DNA from: Candidatus Bathyarchaeia archaeon
GTDB lineage: Archaea > Thermoproteota > Bathyarchaeia > Bathyarchaeales > Bathycorpusculaceae
Length of the DNA stretch: 64,000 nucleotides
Direction of reading: 5' to 3'
NCBI GenBank assembly: GCA_038727135.1
Contig: JAVYWL010000002.1
Location: 1 to 64,000 of the forward strand
Of the stretch, positions 20,148 to 29,887 are shown piece after piece. Every line of letters begins with the position of its first letter. Position 1 is the stretch's first letter. The position numbers and the translations under genes are program-made. The notes below the pieces were generated by a model. It was not told the DNA's origin. It saw nothing but the letters and a program-made list of their open reading frames with translations, and did not search any database.

Positions 20148-20903
20148 TTATTCGCTCTTTCCGGTTTGGGTTAGCGATGGGAAGGCGTTGCGGCAAGCCT
20201 TGATAATAGGTGGACCTATTAGAAGGACGAAGGGAATTTCTGTGGCAAAGGTCCAAACAAATATTAGCGGCATAAACTCTGGCGGAAGGGGCGCCTTAAA
20301 GTATCCTTCCGGAGAGAAAAACACTTGGCTGTAAGCCCAAACCACTGGAGCTATTATTGCGGCTGCAACCCCCAACCCTATTATGGAGCCGACCGTGTAG
20401 CTTTTCCACTCTGGCCAAAACTTTGTAACAGCCAACATAATGGCTAGGCTTGCAATAACCGCCACTGCAAAAACTGCTACGCTGATGTATGCAGACCAGC
20501 CTCCAGTGAAGGCTTCAGACTCAGCGGGCAATAGAACTGTTGGCAATAGCAAACCAGCAATTATGGTAACGCCGCCTATACACATGCTTGTGCCTATCCT
20601 CCTCCAGCTTAAGCCTGTACGGGCAAAATAGCCTATCAAAAAGCCCCCAACGAAATTGGCGGTCACACCTGCAGAAAGGCTCAGCAATGGGTCACCGTGG
20701 AAAAGCATGTCGCGGATGAATATCCCTATGGCTGCCCCGGTCCCGCCAACCCATGGCCCGAAAAGAACTGAGAAAACTGCTGGTATCACGGCTGCCGGCC
20801 AGAAGGCTACCCCTCCAAAGGTTATGCCCAAATCTGTTAGACGGCCGATTAGGGCGTATAGGGCTGCGCAGATTGCAGCCATGGCAACATGCAGTGTTTT
20901 CAT
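20148..20903 (-). CDS. ECF-type transporter S component (QueT-like)
   Basis: AAICAALYA, FGPWVGGTGAAIG, multiple TMs; co-oriented with pok and coaD. Confidence 0.75.
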   Translation of the reverse strand: MKTLHVAMAAICAALYALIGRLTDLGITFGGVAFWPAAVIPAVFSVLFGPWVGGTGAAIGIFIRDMLFHGDPLLSLSAGVTANFVGGFLIGYFARTGLSWRRIGTSMCIGGVTIIAGLLLPTVLLPAESEAFTGGWSAYISVAVFAVAVIASLAIMLAVTKFWPEWKSYTVGSIIGLGVAAAIIAPVVWAYSQVFFSPEGYFKAPLPPEFMPLIFVWTFATEIPFVLLIGPPIIKACRNAFPSLTQTGKSE

Positions 20904-21031
20904 CTAGTCATGCTCCTTTAAGAGTTCTTGAGCGAAGTTGAAGGCCTCTTTCTAAATAAGAATTTCCTATGAATTCTTTAAACATGTTTAAACTTGATTT
21001 TGGCGGATGTTTTGTTGAACTGTTGAACGAG

Positions 21032-21056
21032 TATGTGTAGCTCTGTTCTACGCACA
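21032..21056. promoter_or_regulatory. Palindromic operator, copy 1 (upstream of major pilins)
   Basis: TATGTGTAGCTCTGTTCTACGCACA, upstream of TATA-like TATTTAAA; 22/25 identical to the copy at 22320. Confidence 0.7.
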
Positions 21057-21107
21057 AACCATCATATTTAAACAACGTTGAATTTTTGGCACGGAGCGAA
21101 AAAGAAA

Positions 21108-21665
21108 ATGAAGATGTTAAGGAATAAAAGGGCATTGAGCACAGTAGTAACCACATTGATTATTCTAGTGGTTTCGGTGCTTTTGGCAACTGTTGTAACG
21201 TTCTACGCCATAAACGTAACAACCACGAGGGTGCAAGAAGAGTCGTTATTCCTAACGAAGCCGCACGTTTGGTGTCCTGCCTCTTCTGGGAACGCGCAAG
21301 CAGCATTAGTTATAATTAACACTGGTGGGCGAGATGTGGTTATAGACAAGATAACAGTCAGAGGACAAGAATCTGATTGGTCAAATGTTTACTATAACAT
21401 CACGTCTGGCGGGATATCTGCCGACCTACCCTACAACTCAACACTCAAAGACAACGGCAAAATCAACATAGGCGGCAAAGACTACACGTTTGTAAAAGGT
21501 ACTTCTGGCAAAGATATCACGTTGAAATCTGGCATGACCTTGATAATCTACATCGACCAGCCAGACAGCATATCATTGAATGACATAGGCACTACTGTAG
21601 GCATTACAGTGTTCACATCAAACGCCCAATACTACAAAGAGACAAATGTCCAAGCTGTCGAGTAG
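21108..21665 (+). CDS. Type IV pilin-like protein 1 (class III signal peptide)
   Basis: Basic leader KRA|LSTVV plus hydrophobic helix; IINTGG..VIDKITVRGQ. Confidence 0.85.
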   Translation: MKMLRNKRALSTVVTTLIILVVSVLLATVVTFYAINVTTTRVQEESLFLTKPHVWCPASSGNAQAALVIINTGGRDVVIDKITVRGQESDWSNVYYNITSGGISADLPYNSTLKDNGKINIGGKDYTFVKGTSGKDITLKSGMTLIIYIDQPDSISLNDIGTTVGITVFTSNAQYYKETNVQAVE

Positions 21666-21677
21666 GGAGGCAGTGAC

Positions 21678-22247
21678 ATGAGGCTTTTAAAGGGTAAGAA
21701 AGCGTTAAGCACCGTTGTGACAACGCTGATTATTCTAGTGGTTTCAGTGCTTCTAGCCACCGTAGTTACGTTTTACGCCATAAACGTGACAACAACGCGT
21801 GTACAAGAAGAATCATTGCATCTAACAAAATTCCATGTGTGGTATAATCCAACAGGGGAATGGTCAGAGGCAGCCTTCGTAATAATCAACACTGGCGGAA
21901 AAGATGTTGTCATAGACAAGATAACAGTTAGAGGACAAGAGTGCCCATGGAATAACGTCTATTACTGGAAGACGTCAGGTGCCATAACATCGGATTTGAA
22001 ACCAACGTCAACAAAGCCCAGCGGCAATTCTGTCAATATAGTTGTAGATGGTCAACCAAGATCTTTCAGCAACGCAACCGTTGCCCTCAATGGAAATGAT
22101 TTAACTTTGATGTCGGGTCAAACCGTTGTAATATACATCGTTAATCCAGACAGCATTTCCGTAAACGACATAGGCGTAACCGTAGGCTTGACGGTGTTCA
22201 CATCAAACGCCCAATACTACAAAGAGGCAAACGTTGAATCAACTTAA
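21678..22247 (+). CDS. Type IV pilin-like protein 2 (class III signal peptide)
   Basis: KKA|LSTVV; N-helix identical to pilin 1, divergent centre. Confidence 0.85.
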   Translation: MRLLKGKKALSTVVTTLIILVVSVLLATVVTFYAINVTTTRVQEESLHLTKFHVWYNPTGEWSEAAFVIINTGGKDVVIDKITVRGQECPWNNVYYWKTSGAITSDLKPTSTKPSGNSVNIVVDGQPRSFSNATVALNGNDLTLMSGQTVVIYIVNPDSISVNDIGVTVGLTVFTSNAQYYKEANVEST

Positions 22248-22249
22248 AA

Positions 22250-22276
22250 CCCTCCCTTTTTCTTCCCTTTTTATTT
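22250..22276 (+). terminator. Pyrimidine/oligo-T terminator after the pilin pair
   Basis: CCCTCCCTTTTTCTTCCCTTTTTATTT immediately after the stop. Confidence 0.55.
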
Positions 22277-22319
22277 AAGGCAAACACTTTCTTATCGGGT
22301 ATTAGCAATATGAATTTTC

Positions 22320-22344
22320 TATGTGTAGTTTTGTTCTACACACA
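22320..22344. promoter_or_regulatory. Palindromic operator, copy 2 (upstream of pilus assembly operon)
   Basis: TATGTGTAGTTTTGTTCTACACACA with perfect inverted repeat TGTGTAG-N7-CTACACA, upstream of TATA-like CTTAATA. Confidence 0.7.
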
Positions 22345-22415
22345 TTATCTTATCTTAATATAGCCTTCAAAGGTTTTCCATGCTGGCGGTTTGCAAGAGA
22401 GGAGACTGTTAAAGG

Positions 22416-23243
22416 TTGCGTGTGAAAGGCTTTGGAAGGCTTGCGTGTTCGAGGAAGGCTTTGGCTATTCCAGTCACCTACCTTATACTTTTTGCCTCGC
22501 TTATCGTCATAATATCCGCCACCTATGGCTTTGCAGTAACCCGCATAAGCGCAAAAAGCGTCCAGCTAAGGGCTTCGGTTGCCAAACAGAACATGCAAAC
22601 TTTGGATGAGGCTGTGCGTTCTGTGGCTTGGTCTGCTGGAAGCTCAAAAACCATTTACATGGAGAATTGTGGAGGAGCCTTTCAAATGCAGCCGAAAGCC
22701 AAAAGTCTCGTTATAAATTTGACGGATGGGCGGACGTTTTCCTATGTGGTTTTTAATGGTTCTGTTGGAAAAGCCCTATACATGCTTGATGGCGTGGCTG
22801 AAAGCCAAAAAGGCACATATGTTAGTGGTGACGGCCGAACAATAATAGATCAGGGCGCCTTCACGGTTACGCAGCTTTACTTTGAAAGAGGCGAGAGTGC
22901 ACAACAACTTGTCCTATGCTACCGACCAATGGCAACAGCCTTGGCGGCCGGCACAAGCAACGGAAAACCGCTCAACATTATACGTGTTTACATAATAAGC
23001 TTAGCCTCTTCCCAGACGCTTTCGCTTTATGGAAGCTTCCACTTAAAGGTTTCAGCGTTGAACACCACTTCAACGGTTAAGCTTTTAATGTTCAACAGTT
23101 CGGTCTCCTCTCTTGCTTTGGAAGCCCTTTCAGAAGGCACTAAAACGACTGTTTGGCTTCCGATAGAAAGCACTAGCGAAGGCGCTGTTGTAAGCCTCGA
23201 AGTTGTCGTCTGCCACATACAAGTTAGGAGGGTTAACGCCTAA
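22416..23243 (+). CDS. Minor pilin-like protein
   Basis: RKA|LAIPV plus hydrophobic helix, beta-rich remainder; in pilus operon. Confidence 0.7.
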   Translation: MRVKGFGRLACSRKALAIPVTYLILFASLIVIISATYGFAVTRISAKSVQLRASVAKQNMQTLDEAVRSVAWSAGSSKTIYMENCGGAFQMQPKAKSLVINLTDGRTFSYVVFNGSVGKALYMLDGVAESQKGTYVSGDGRTIIDQGAFTVTQLYFERGESAQQLVLCYRPMATALAAGTSNGKPLNIIRVYIISLASSQTLSLYGSFHLKVSALNTTSTVKLLMFNSSVSSLALEALSEGTKTTVWLPIESTSEGAVVSLEVVVCHIQVRRVNA

Positions 23244-23710
23244 TGCCAGCCATAACCCCCAGCTACTTGTACACATTCTTCGCCATAATCGCCGTGAGCA
23301 GTATCCTCCTAGTCTCCTTTATGGGCTATGCCAACGCCATACGCCTCTCATCGGAGATGGGTAAACTAAAGGATTTGATGGATTTGGTGGCAGCCAAAGC
23401 CACAGGACTCATAAGCCTTGCAAAGGCGACAAACACAACAGCCGAAGCCTTTATTCAAGCGCCAGCAGCCATAGGCGATAGGCAGTACTGGCTCATGCTC
23501 GGAAATGACTCTTCAATGATTTGGGTTGAAGGCGGATTTGGAAACACACCAATAGCCGAGGCGGGAGTACGCGTTTATCTTCCAAGCACGGCTTTTGCTC
23601 ATGGCTATTATGTTAGTGGTTATGGGGCAATCCTCCTAAAATGCTCTATGAATCAGGAAGCTGGAATCCCCGAGGTTCAGCTTTCTAGCTCAAGCCAAAA
23701 TGGAGGGTGA
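23243..23710 (+). CDS. Pilus-associated membrane-anchored protein
   Basis: N-terminal TM; TAATG translational coupling to the upstream gene. Confidence 0.65.
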   Translation: MPAITPSYLYTFFAIIAVSSILLVSFMGYANAIRLSSEMGKLKDLMDLVAAKATGLISLAKATNTTAEAFIQAPAAIGDRQYWLMLGNDSSMIWVEGGFGNTPIAEAGVRVYLPSTAFAHGYYVSGYGAILLKCSMNQEAGIPEVQLSSSSQNGG

Positions 23711-25316
23711 AAACGGTTTGAAGTTTGCATTAAAACTTAAGAAGGGCGGGGCGGAGGCGGAATTTAAGGATTTAATGAAGGAAGAAGCCGAGCTAACCGG
23801 TTTTATGGAGGTTCAGAAGTGGAGTGTTCCTGAAGGCTATATTGAAGTGGAATACTATCCCTTAAAGCCTCCCTTCTCCTACGCAGCCATAATCCAGAAT
23901 GAAGAAACGCTGGAATACCTATACGTTTTGGACGAGTTGCCCCTAACAAAGGAGGAGAGGGAGGGCTACCATAGGCTTAGAAACATTTTGGAATTTGAAC
24001 TTCAAGCCCCAGAGGGCGAGGAAACCCTAGCAGAGTCTTTTAGGCGGCAAATGCCCGCAATCCTTGCAAAACACCGCAAAGTGCTTGAGGGAATATCTCC
24101 TATAGGCTTGAGGAAAATCCTCTACTACCTTGAAAGGGATGTTGTTGGATATGGCAAAATAGACCCGCTGATGTATGACGATTATGTTGAGGATATTGGA
24201 TGCAGCGGCGTCAACAAACCCATATACCTTTGGCATAGGAAATATGAAAACATTAAAACAAACATCGTTTTCAGAGACGAGCAGGAACTCGAAGACTTTG
24301 TCATGCGGATGGTTCACAAGTCTGGAAAACACGTTAGCATAGCCTTCCCAATAGTGGACGTGACACTGCCGGAAAAACACCGCTTAGCCGTCTCCTTTGG
24401 CAGGGAAACAACGCCCTACGGAACAGCCTTTACCATTCGAAAGTTCCGCAAAGACCCCTTCACAATAATCGACCTTATTGAAAACGAGACCATAAATGAG
24501 AGCATAGCCGCCTACCTATGGCTTTTGATGGAGAACAAAATGTCAGTGATGATTATTGGGGCTACGGGTGCTGGAAAAACAACAGCCCTAAACGCCATTG
24601 CATGCCTCATAAAACCCAGTTACAAAATAATCTCTGTTGAAGAAGTTGCAGAAATAAACTTGCCCCATGAGAACTGGACTTCGACGATTGCGAGGTCTGG
24701 CTTTGGAGCTGAAAGCGAGGGCGAAATAACTCTCTACGACTTGATTAAGTCGGCAGTGCGCCACCGTCCAGACCTAATAATTGTAGGCGAAGTCCGCGGA
24801 GAAGAAGCCTACGTGCTTTTCCAAGCCTTAGCGACTGGACATGGCGGCTTGTGTACGCTTCATGCTGAGGATGTTGATACCGCCATGAAGAGGCTTACCC
24901 AGCCACCCATGAACATCCCAACATCAATAATTCCGCTCATGAACTGTGTAATCACGGTTAAGCACGTCAGAACGCCAGTCTTCCTAGAATCTGGGAGGAG
25001 GCTTTCAAGCCGGAAGTTCATCAGCGTCACGGAAATAAAGGACTATAATAGTTATCAGGAGGTTTTCAGCTGGAATCCGTCCACAGACACTTTTAAGGAG
25101 AATTTGGCTGAAAGCTACTTGCTCAAGAAGATGGCTTCAAGCCTAGACATTCCAGTTGAAAGGCTTATTGACGAGTTAGAATATCGCAAGCGGGTTCTAG
25201 TCCACATGGTGGAGCACGGCATCCGCGACTACAGAAGCGTAAACAAAGTCCTAAGCAAATACTACAACAACCCAGAGCTTTTCCAAAGAGAATTCCTCGG
25301 GAAGGGCGAGTGGTAA
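23700..25316 (+). CDS. Type II/IV secretion (pilus assembly) ATPase
   Basis: GYGKIDPLM.D, FTIRKF, Walker A GATGAGKT, SVEEVAE, RHRPDLIIVGEVRGEE, TGH..TLHA. Confidence 0.93.
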   Translation: MEGENGLKFALKLKKGGAEAEFKDLMKEEAELTGFMEVQKWSVPEGYIEVEYYPLKPPFSYAAIIQNEETLEYLYVLDELPLTKEEREGYHRLRNILEFELQAPEGEETLAESFRRQMPAILAKHRKVLEGISPIGLRKILYYLERDVVGYGKIDPLMYDDYVEDIGCSGVNKPIYLWHRKYENIKTNIVFRDEQELEDFVMRMVHKSGKHVSIAFPIVDVTLPEKHRLAVSFGRETTPYGTAFTIRKFRKDPFTIIDLIENETINESIAAYLWLLMENKMSVMIIGATGAGKTTALNAIACLIKPSYKIISVEEVAEINLPHENWTSTIARSGFGAESEGEITLYDLIKSAVRHRPDLIIVGEVRGEEAYVLFQALATGHGGLCTLHAEDVDTAMKRLTQPPMNIPTSIIPLMNCVITVKHVRTPVFLESGRRLSSRKFISVTEIKDYNSYQEVFSWNPSTDTFKENLAESYLLKKMASSLDIPVERLIDELEYRKRVLVHMVEHGIRDYRSVNKVLSKYYNNPELFQREFLGKGEW

Positions 25317-25319
25317 AAG

Positions 25320-26819
25320 TTGCAGGTTCAAATCGGAAAGCCTAAAATTTTTGGGCGGATGCTAAGTCGCTTCACAGAAGAGGACACAAGCGAAATAAAC
25401 CGGGAACTCCCCTTTGCCGCCTTGCTCTTCACAATATTGGCTGCCAGCGAGGTAACCCTATACGAGAGTTGGAAAAAACTCTGCGCCATAGAGCAACTGC
25501 CCCAATTCAGGAAAGAAGCAAGGGAAGTCGTTAGACAAGTGGAGGTTTTGGGATACGACCCCTTAACGGTCATGCAGAAGCGGGCTGAAAAAACGAAGTC
25601 TAAAAACTACCGTGAATTTCTGTTAGGCTATGTTTCAGCCGTCAGAAGCGGCGGAAACATCGTAAACTTTCTTAAAAGCAAGCTTCGCTCAATATTTGAT
25701 GTTCAAAGCGCCGCCGCCATCCGCTCAATCGAAAGGCTTGGCACCCTTGTGGAAGCCTACGCCGTCATGCTGATCGTAACCCTATGCTCCTACATACTCT
25801 TCATAGTTTTCTCGACAACATCAATATTCGAGCCTACAAGGATTGCTGGAACACCAAGCCTGTCCACCGATGTTGTCTGCCTGCTAATATTTCTCTTAAC
25901 GCCGTTGATTTCGCTTGTCTTTATGATAATCGCTCACTTAGAAAGGAAAAGTAACCTTGTTGGGCTTATGGCTCCATACAAAGTTGCAGCCATCGCCATA
26001 GTCGCCGCCAGCGCCTTCCTAGCATCCACCTTCATGCTACCCCCGCTTCAATTTCTCAGAAACCCACAAATTCTGCCCCTTGTCTTGACTGTCTGCCTAC
26101 TAACGGTTTCGATTCCTCCAGCAATAATCTACATGGAAATTGCCAGAATAAACAATGCTGCTGAAAATGCCATGCCAAGCTTCCTAAGAGACGTCACAGA
26201 AGCCAGAAAAACTGGACTTTCGCCAGAGAAAAGCATAGTTCACGCCACAAAACGCCCGGGCTATGGAAAATTCTCCGAAGTTCTAAGGCTTGTAAGAAGC
26301 CAAATAGAGTGGGGTGTACCCCTCAGGAAAATATTTGCGAGTATAAAGAGGAAGCTTCAGACGTGGCCTGTTTTAGTGAACTTTCTCATCCTTGTCGAAA
26401 CTATAAAGATGGGCGGAGGCTCAAGTGTAGCCCTAGAAATTTTGACGGAGTACAGCGAAAAGCAGAAGGATGTGGAAATCAACAAGAAGTCCTTGCTTAG
26501 GCCTTATGTTATTTTGGCTTTCATATGGAGTGTTCTCATAGCCTTGACAACGACAATGGTTGCTTTAACGGTTTACACTTTGACGAGGCTTTCGCTTCCC
26601 GGTGCTACGCCGGTATCCTTTATTGTTATGCAGGAGCAGATGAACCTTTTCTCTTTGGGTATATTGGTGCAGTGTTGGCTTTCAGGCTTTTTTGTGGGCA
26701 AGGTTAGTGAGGGCACTTTCGCTGCTGGTTTTAAGTATTCAGCCATGCTTGTATTGACGGCACACATTTCGCTGGCGCTTTCGCAGAGCTTGTTGGGTGG
26801 AATGTTCGGGCTTGTTTAA
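25320..26819 (+). CDS. Pilus platform membrane protein (TadC/T2SS-F, two domains)
   Basis: ELPFA and MPSFLRD..TG repeated domains, multiple TMs, SGFFVGKVSEG. Confidence 0.88.
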   Translation: MQVQIGKPKIFGRMLSRFTEEDTSEINRELPFAALLFTILAASEVTLYESWKKLCAIEQLPQFRKEAREVVRQVEVLGYDPLTVMQKRAEKTKSKNYREFLLGYVSAVRSGGNIVNFLKSKLRSIFDVQSAAAIRSIERLGTLVEAYAVMLIVTLCSYILFIVFSTTSIFEPTRIAGTPSLSTDVVCLLIFLLTPLISLVFMIIAHLERKSNLVGLMAPYKVAAIAIVAASAFLASTFMLPPLQFLRNPQILPLVLTVCLLTVSIPPAIIYMEIARINNAAENAMPSFLRDVTEARKTGLSPEKSIVHATKRPGYGKFSEVLRLVRSQIEWGVPLRKIFASIKRKLQTWPVLVNFLILVETIKMGGGSSVALEILTEYSEKQKDVEINKKSLLRPYVILAFIWSVLIALTTTMVALTVYTLTRLSLPGATPVSFIVMQEQMNLFSLGILVQCWLSGFFVGKVSEGTFAAGFKYSAMLVLTAHISLALSQSLLGGMFGLV

Positions 26820-26834
26820 CAAAGCCTCCAAAAG

Positions 26835-27911
26835 GTGAAAGCCGTGCCGGCAATATCCATCGACACCTTTTTCGCGTGTTCCCTAATGGTTTTGCTTGTG
26901 CTATCGGCTATGGCTGCCACCGCCAGCCTCCTTTACCAGCCGATAAGCAATTCTTTTGGAAATGAAGCCTTCACGAGATATGGGGAAATCGCCAAATACA
27001 TGTTATTGAACACTGGAGAGCCAGCCGACTGGGGAAAGAACAGTCAAACGTTTCCGGAAGAGTTTGGCTTGGCAGATGTTGAGGCGGCGAATCCTTACAC
27101 GCTTGACATAGATAAGGTTTCTAGGCTGAATGGCGAAAACCTCCATGCTTTAAGTTATGCCCAAATATACACAAGCCTAAAAATTCCAGACATAGCCTTC
27201 CGAATCGAGATAAAACCGCTATTTGAAACTGTTATAAATCTCACAGCGACTTATGAGGACGAAAATGAAACAACTTACGAGTTTGAAATTGAAACCGTCA
27301 GAAGTGGCGTAAATGTCCCAGCAGAATTAAGGCTCTATACAATTGCTGAAAGCCTTCTGCAAAACTTGGGCGCTTACAGCTCTGATGGTGAAATCCGCTT
27401 AAATGTGACAATCCCAAACAGCGTCAATGGACCAGCACTGCTTGTTGTTTTGGCAAAATCCAAGTACAACGCTAAAATTGTTTCCTTCGCTGTTTACGCC
27501 TTTGCCCACACCCCCCAAAATCCAATGTCAAAGGGCAGTTTTTTGAGGCTTTCCCCGTTAAACCACACACTAACTGTTGTGCCCAATAATCCAGACATAG
27601 TCTTGTTAGACGTTTATGCCTTAACCTTCAACAACTCCTCAACCTTAGAAAAAACGACAAGTCAAAATCAAGCTGTCACATTCAACATTCCAAAATTTTT
27701 GGACGCAAGCCCAATAATGCTAGTTGCCACCGGAAGGAATTCCACGCAATTTTTTGTGGAGTGGACTGTTTACCCGCAGATACCGGTGGCGATTGGCATA
27801 AGCCCAACAGACTCCATAAGCCTAGCAGATGTTTACGCTTACACATACTTGGTCACTATAAACTCCGCATTGTATAAGTGTACGGTTTGGCTTGGAGGAC
27901 CAAAACAGTGA
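26835..27911 (+). CDS. Large minor pilin-like/pilus accessory protein
   Basis: SIDTFF plus TM, TGEPADWG..FGLA motif, many NxT/S sequons. Confidence 0.65.
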   Translation: MKAVPAISIDTFFACSLMVLLVLSAMAATASLLYQPISNSFGNEAFTRYGEIAKYMLLNTGEPADWGKNSQTFPEEFGLADVEAANPYTLDIDKVSRLNGENLHALSYAQIYTSLKIPDIAFRIEIKPLFETVINLTATYEDENETTYEFEIETVRSGVNVPAELRLYTIAESLLQNLGAYSSDGEIRLNVTIPNSVNGPALLVVLAKSKYNAKIVSFAVYAFAHTPQNPMSKGSFLRLSPLNHTLTVVPNNPDIVLLDVYALTFNNSSTLEKTTSQNQAVTFNIPKFLDASPIMLVATGRNSTQFFVEWTVYPQIPVAIGISPTDSISLADVYAYTYLVTINSALYKCTVWLGGPKQ

Positions 27912-28330
27912 AAAACCAGAAGAAAGGGCAAATCAGGATAATTGAGGCTTTTCTAGCCGTCTTAATAGTCTTCTCCTCATTGGCTATTTCTGCAAGCCTA
28001 ACAACAGAGCATAAAACCGCAGAATCCAGAGACTTGACATCTCTTGGAATGCAAGCCCTAATAAAACTTGATTCTGATGGAAGCTTAGACGCCTACATAG
28101 ATTCCGGAGACTGGTTTGGACTGCGGGAAGCGTTAAGCCTTCTCCTTCCAGAGAGCATGTCCTTCAACTTAACCGTCTACGACGAGGAAATGCGGCAAAT
28201 AAACACCGAAGCCATAACAAATGGAAACATCAACGGCCAAGAAGTAGCCTCAATAAAATATGTTTGCGTAAGCCGAAACCCCAACTTCCGATATTATGTG
28301 ATTTACTTGCAGTTGGCTGTGGTTAAATGA
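27908..28330 (+). CDS. Minor pilin-like protein
   Basis: KKG|QIRIIEAFLA class III signal; GTG start overlaps the upstream TGA. Confidence 0.75.
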   Translation: MKNQKKGQIRIIEAFLAVLIVFSSLAISASLTTEHKTAESRDLTSLGMQALIKLDSDGSLDAYIDSGDWFGLREALSLLLPESMSFNLTVYDEEMRQINTEAITNGNINGQEVASIKYVCVSRNPNFRYYVIYLQLAVVK

Positions 28331-29103
28331 AAAGGCTTGGAAGACTTGTGAAAGCAAAAAGTTCCGGTCAGCTTCTGATAGTGGCGGCCCTAGCAATAGC
28401 CATACTCATATCCACAACAACAGCTTACGTCTACGAGGTCAGCAGACAAAAGCCATCCGCCTCTCAAATCTTTCCATTGGCTGATTTCGTTTTAGCTATA
28501 AAGCAAGGCTCAAGAAACGCCATAATAAGCGCACTAGCCAACATCACAAACGGGGGAGAAAAAGCAGTTTTGGCTTCAAACCTTAATGGTTTATCCCAAG
28601 CCTACAGAAGCCTAAACGCTTATGGGCTTTATTACCTATCCTACACAGTTTTAAATGATTCGCGTTATGTGGACGGCTTTCGGCTTTCATGGGAAGAACC
28701 AAGCGGGTTGGGCATATCAAGCGCCTACGCAAACTTCACACTGAAATTTTATGGCCTAACGGAGAAAATCGCGCTAGGCTACGCCATAAACATAACAACA
28801 ATGATAAAGCTGGAAGGCTATTACACGTTAAATGATTCTCAAAAAGTCGTAAACTTAACATGCCAAGTCTTCAATGAGGAGAAGCCAGCACTGGCCGAAA
28901 ACATAACGGTCTATTATGAGCTGGACGGAATTTGGGTTCCAGCCAACTCATCAAATAACCTCTCCATAATAGATTATGGTAATGGAACCTATGCCATATC
29001 TTTCACGGTTAGCACGGACTCCAGCGATGTACGGGTCTTAGTGCGCGTCTATGATTCGCGAGGCATATTTGTTAAGGCAAACTCGACATGTAACCAAGTC
29101 TAA
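28327..29103 (+). CDS. Minor pilin-like protein with Ig-like C-terminus
   Basis: SSG|QLLIV plus hydrophobic helix; DYGNGTY and VYDSRGIFV motifs. Confidence 0.7.
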   Translation: MKRLGRLVKAKSSGQLLIVAALAIAILISTTTAYVYEVSRQKPSASQIFPLADFVLAIKQGSRNAIISALANITNGGEKAVLASNLNGLSQAYRSLNAYGLYYLSYTVLNDSRYVDGFRLSWEEPSGLGISSAYANFTLKFYGLTEKIALGYAINITTMIKLEGYYTLNDSQKVVNLTCQVFNEEKPALAENITVYYELDGIWVPANSSNNLSIIDYGNGTYAISFTVSTDSSDVRVLVRVYDSRGIFVKANSTCNQV

Positions 29104-29188
29104 AGCCAATTTCGGCTAGTTTTCGTGTTCCTTAAATATGGATTATGCCACTTCTAAAGTGAAAAATGAACAGAAGGCTTGTGTTGAG

Positions 29189-29878
29189 ATGAGCGAGGCA
29201 AAGGCTTGGCGTCATATTTTCACGCTTTTAAAGTTGGCGGAGCTTGGGGCCCACAGAAGAACGGCGAAAATTTCAACAGAATACCTTGCGCGGAAGCTTG
29301 GCGTTTCCCAGCAGTCTGCGTCCCGCCATCTAATAGAGCTCGAACATAAGGGTTGGATTAAGAGGACAATGACGCCGGAAGGATGTCTAATAAAAATGAC
29401 GGAGTCTGGCTTAGCAGAGCTTAAGAGGCTTTACTCAGGCTTACGCTTTCTAATGGAAGCCACATATCCGCCGTCAATAACCCTTGAAGGCGTAGTCTTC
29501 ACCGGATTAGGCGAAGGCGCCTACTATGTGACAAGAGACCCGTACAGAAGGCAGTTCATTGAAAAGCTAGGCTTTGACCCTTATCCTGGGACGTTGAACC
29601 TAAAACTTGTAACGGACTACGACGTTAAAACCCGCTCAGAGCTTGAGGCTTACCCAGCAATAGAGATTGAGGGGTTCAAAAACGAGAACCGCACCTTTGG
29701 ACCGGTGAAGTGTTACCCGGCAATAATAGAGAACAAGGTGAAGGGCGCCCTTGTATCAGCCTTAAGAAGCCACTATGACGCGTCAGTTATGGAGCTTATA
29801 GCACCTATATGCCTAAGAAAGCATTTAGCCCTAAAAGACGGCCACAAGGTGAAGGTGGAAGTTTTAACCCTTCCATAA
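29189..29878 (+). CDS. ribK: CTP-dependent riboflavin kinase with N-terminal winged HTH (RbkR type)
   Basis: SQQSASR HTH; GLGEGAYY, LGFDPYPGTLN, ELIAP..LR. Confidence 0.92.
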   Translation: MSEAKAWRHIFTLLKLAELGAHRRTAKISTEYLARKLGVSQQSASRHLIELEHKGWIKRTMTPEGCLIKMTESGLAELKRLYSGLRFLMEATYPPSITLEGVVFTGLGEGAYYVTRDPYRRQFIEKLGFDPYPGTLNLKLVTDYDVKTRSELEAYPAIEIEGFKNENRTFGPVKCYPAIIENKVKGALVSALRSHYDASVMELIAPICLRKHLALKDGHKVKVEVLTLP

Positions 29879-29887
29879 AATTTTACG

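Noticed and set aside
20977-20992. 16-bp palindrome TTTAAACATGTTTAAA
   Set aside because: AT-only arms, explainable as TATA-like boxes in a divergent promoter region; seen once only
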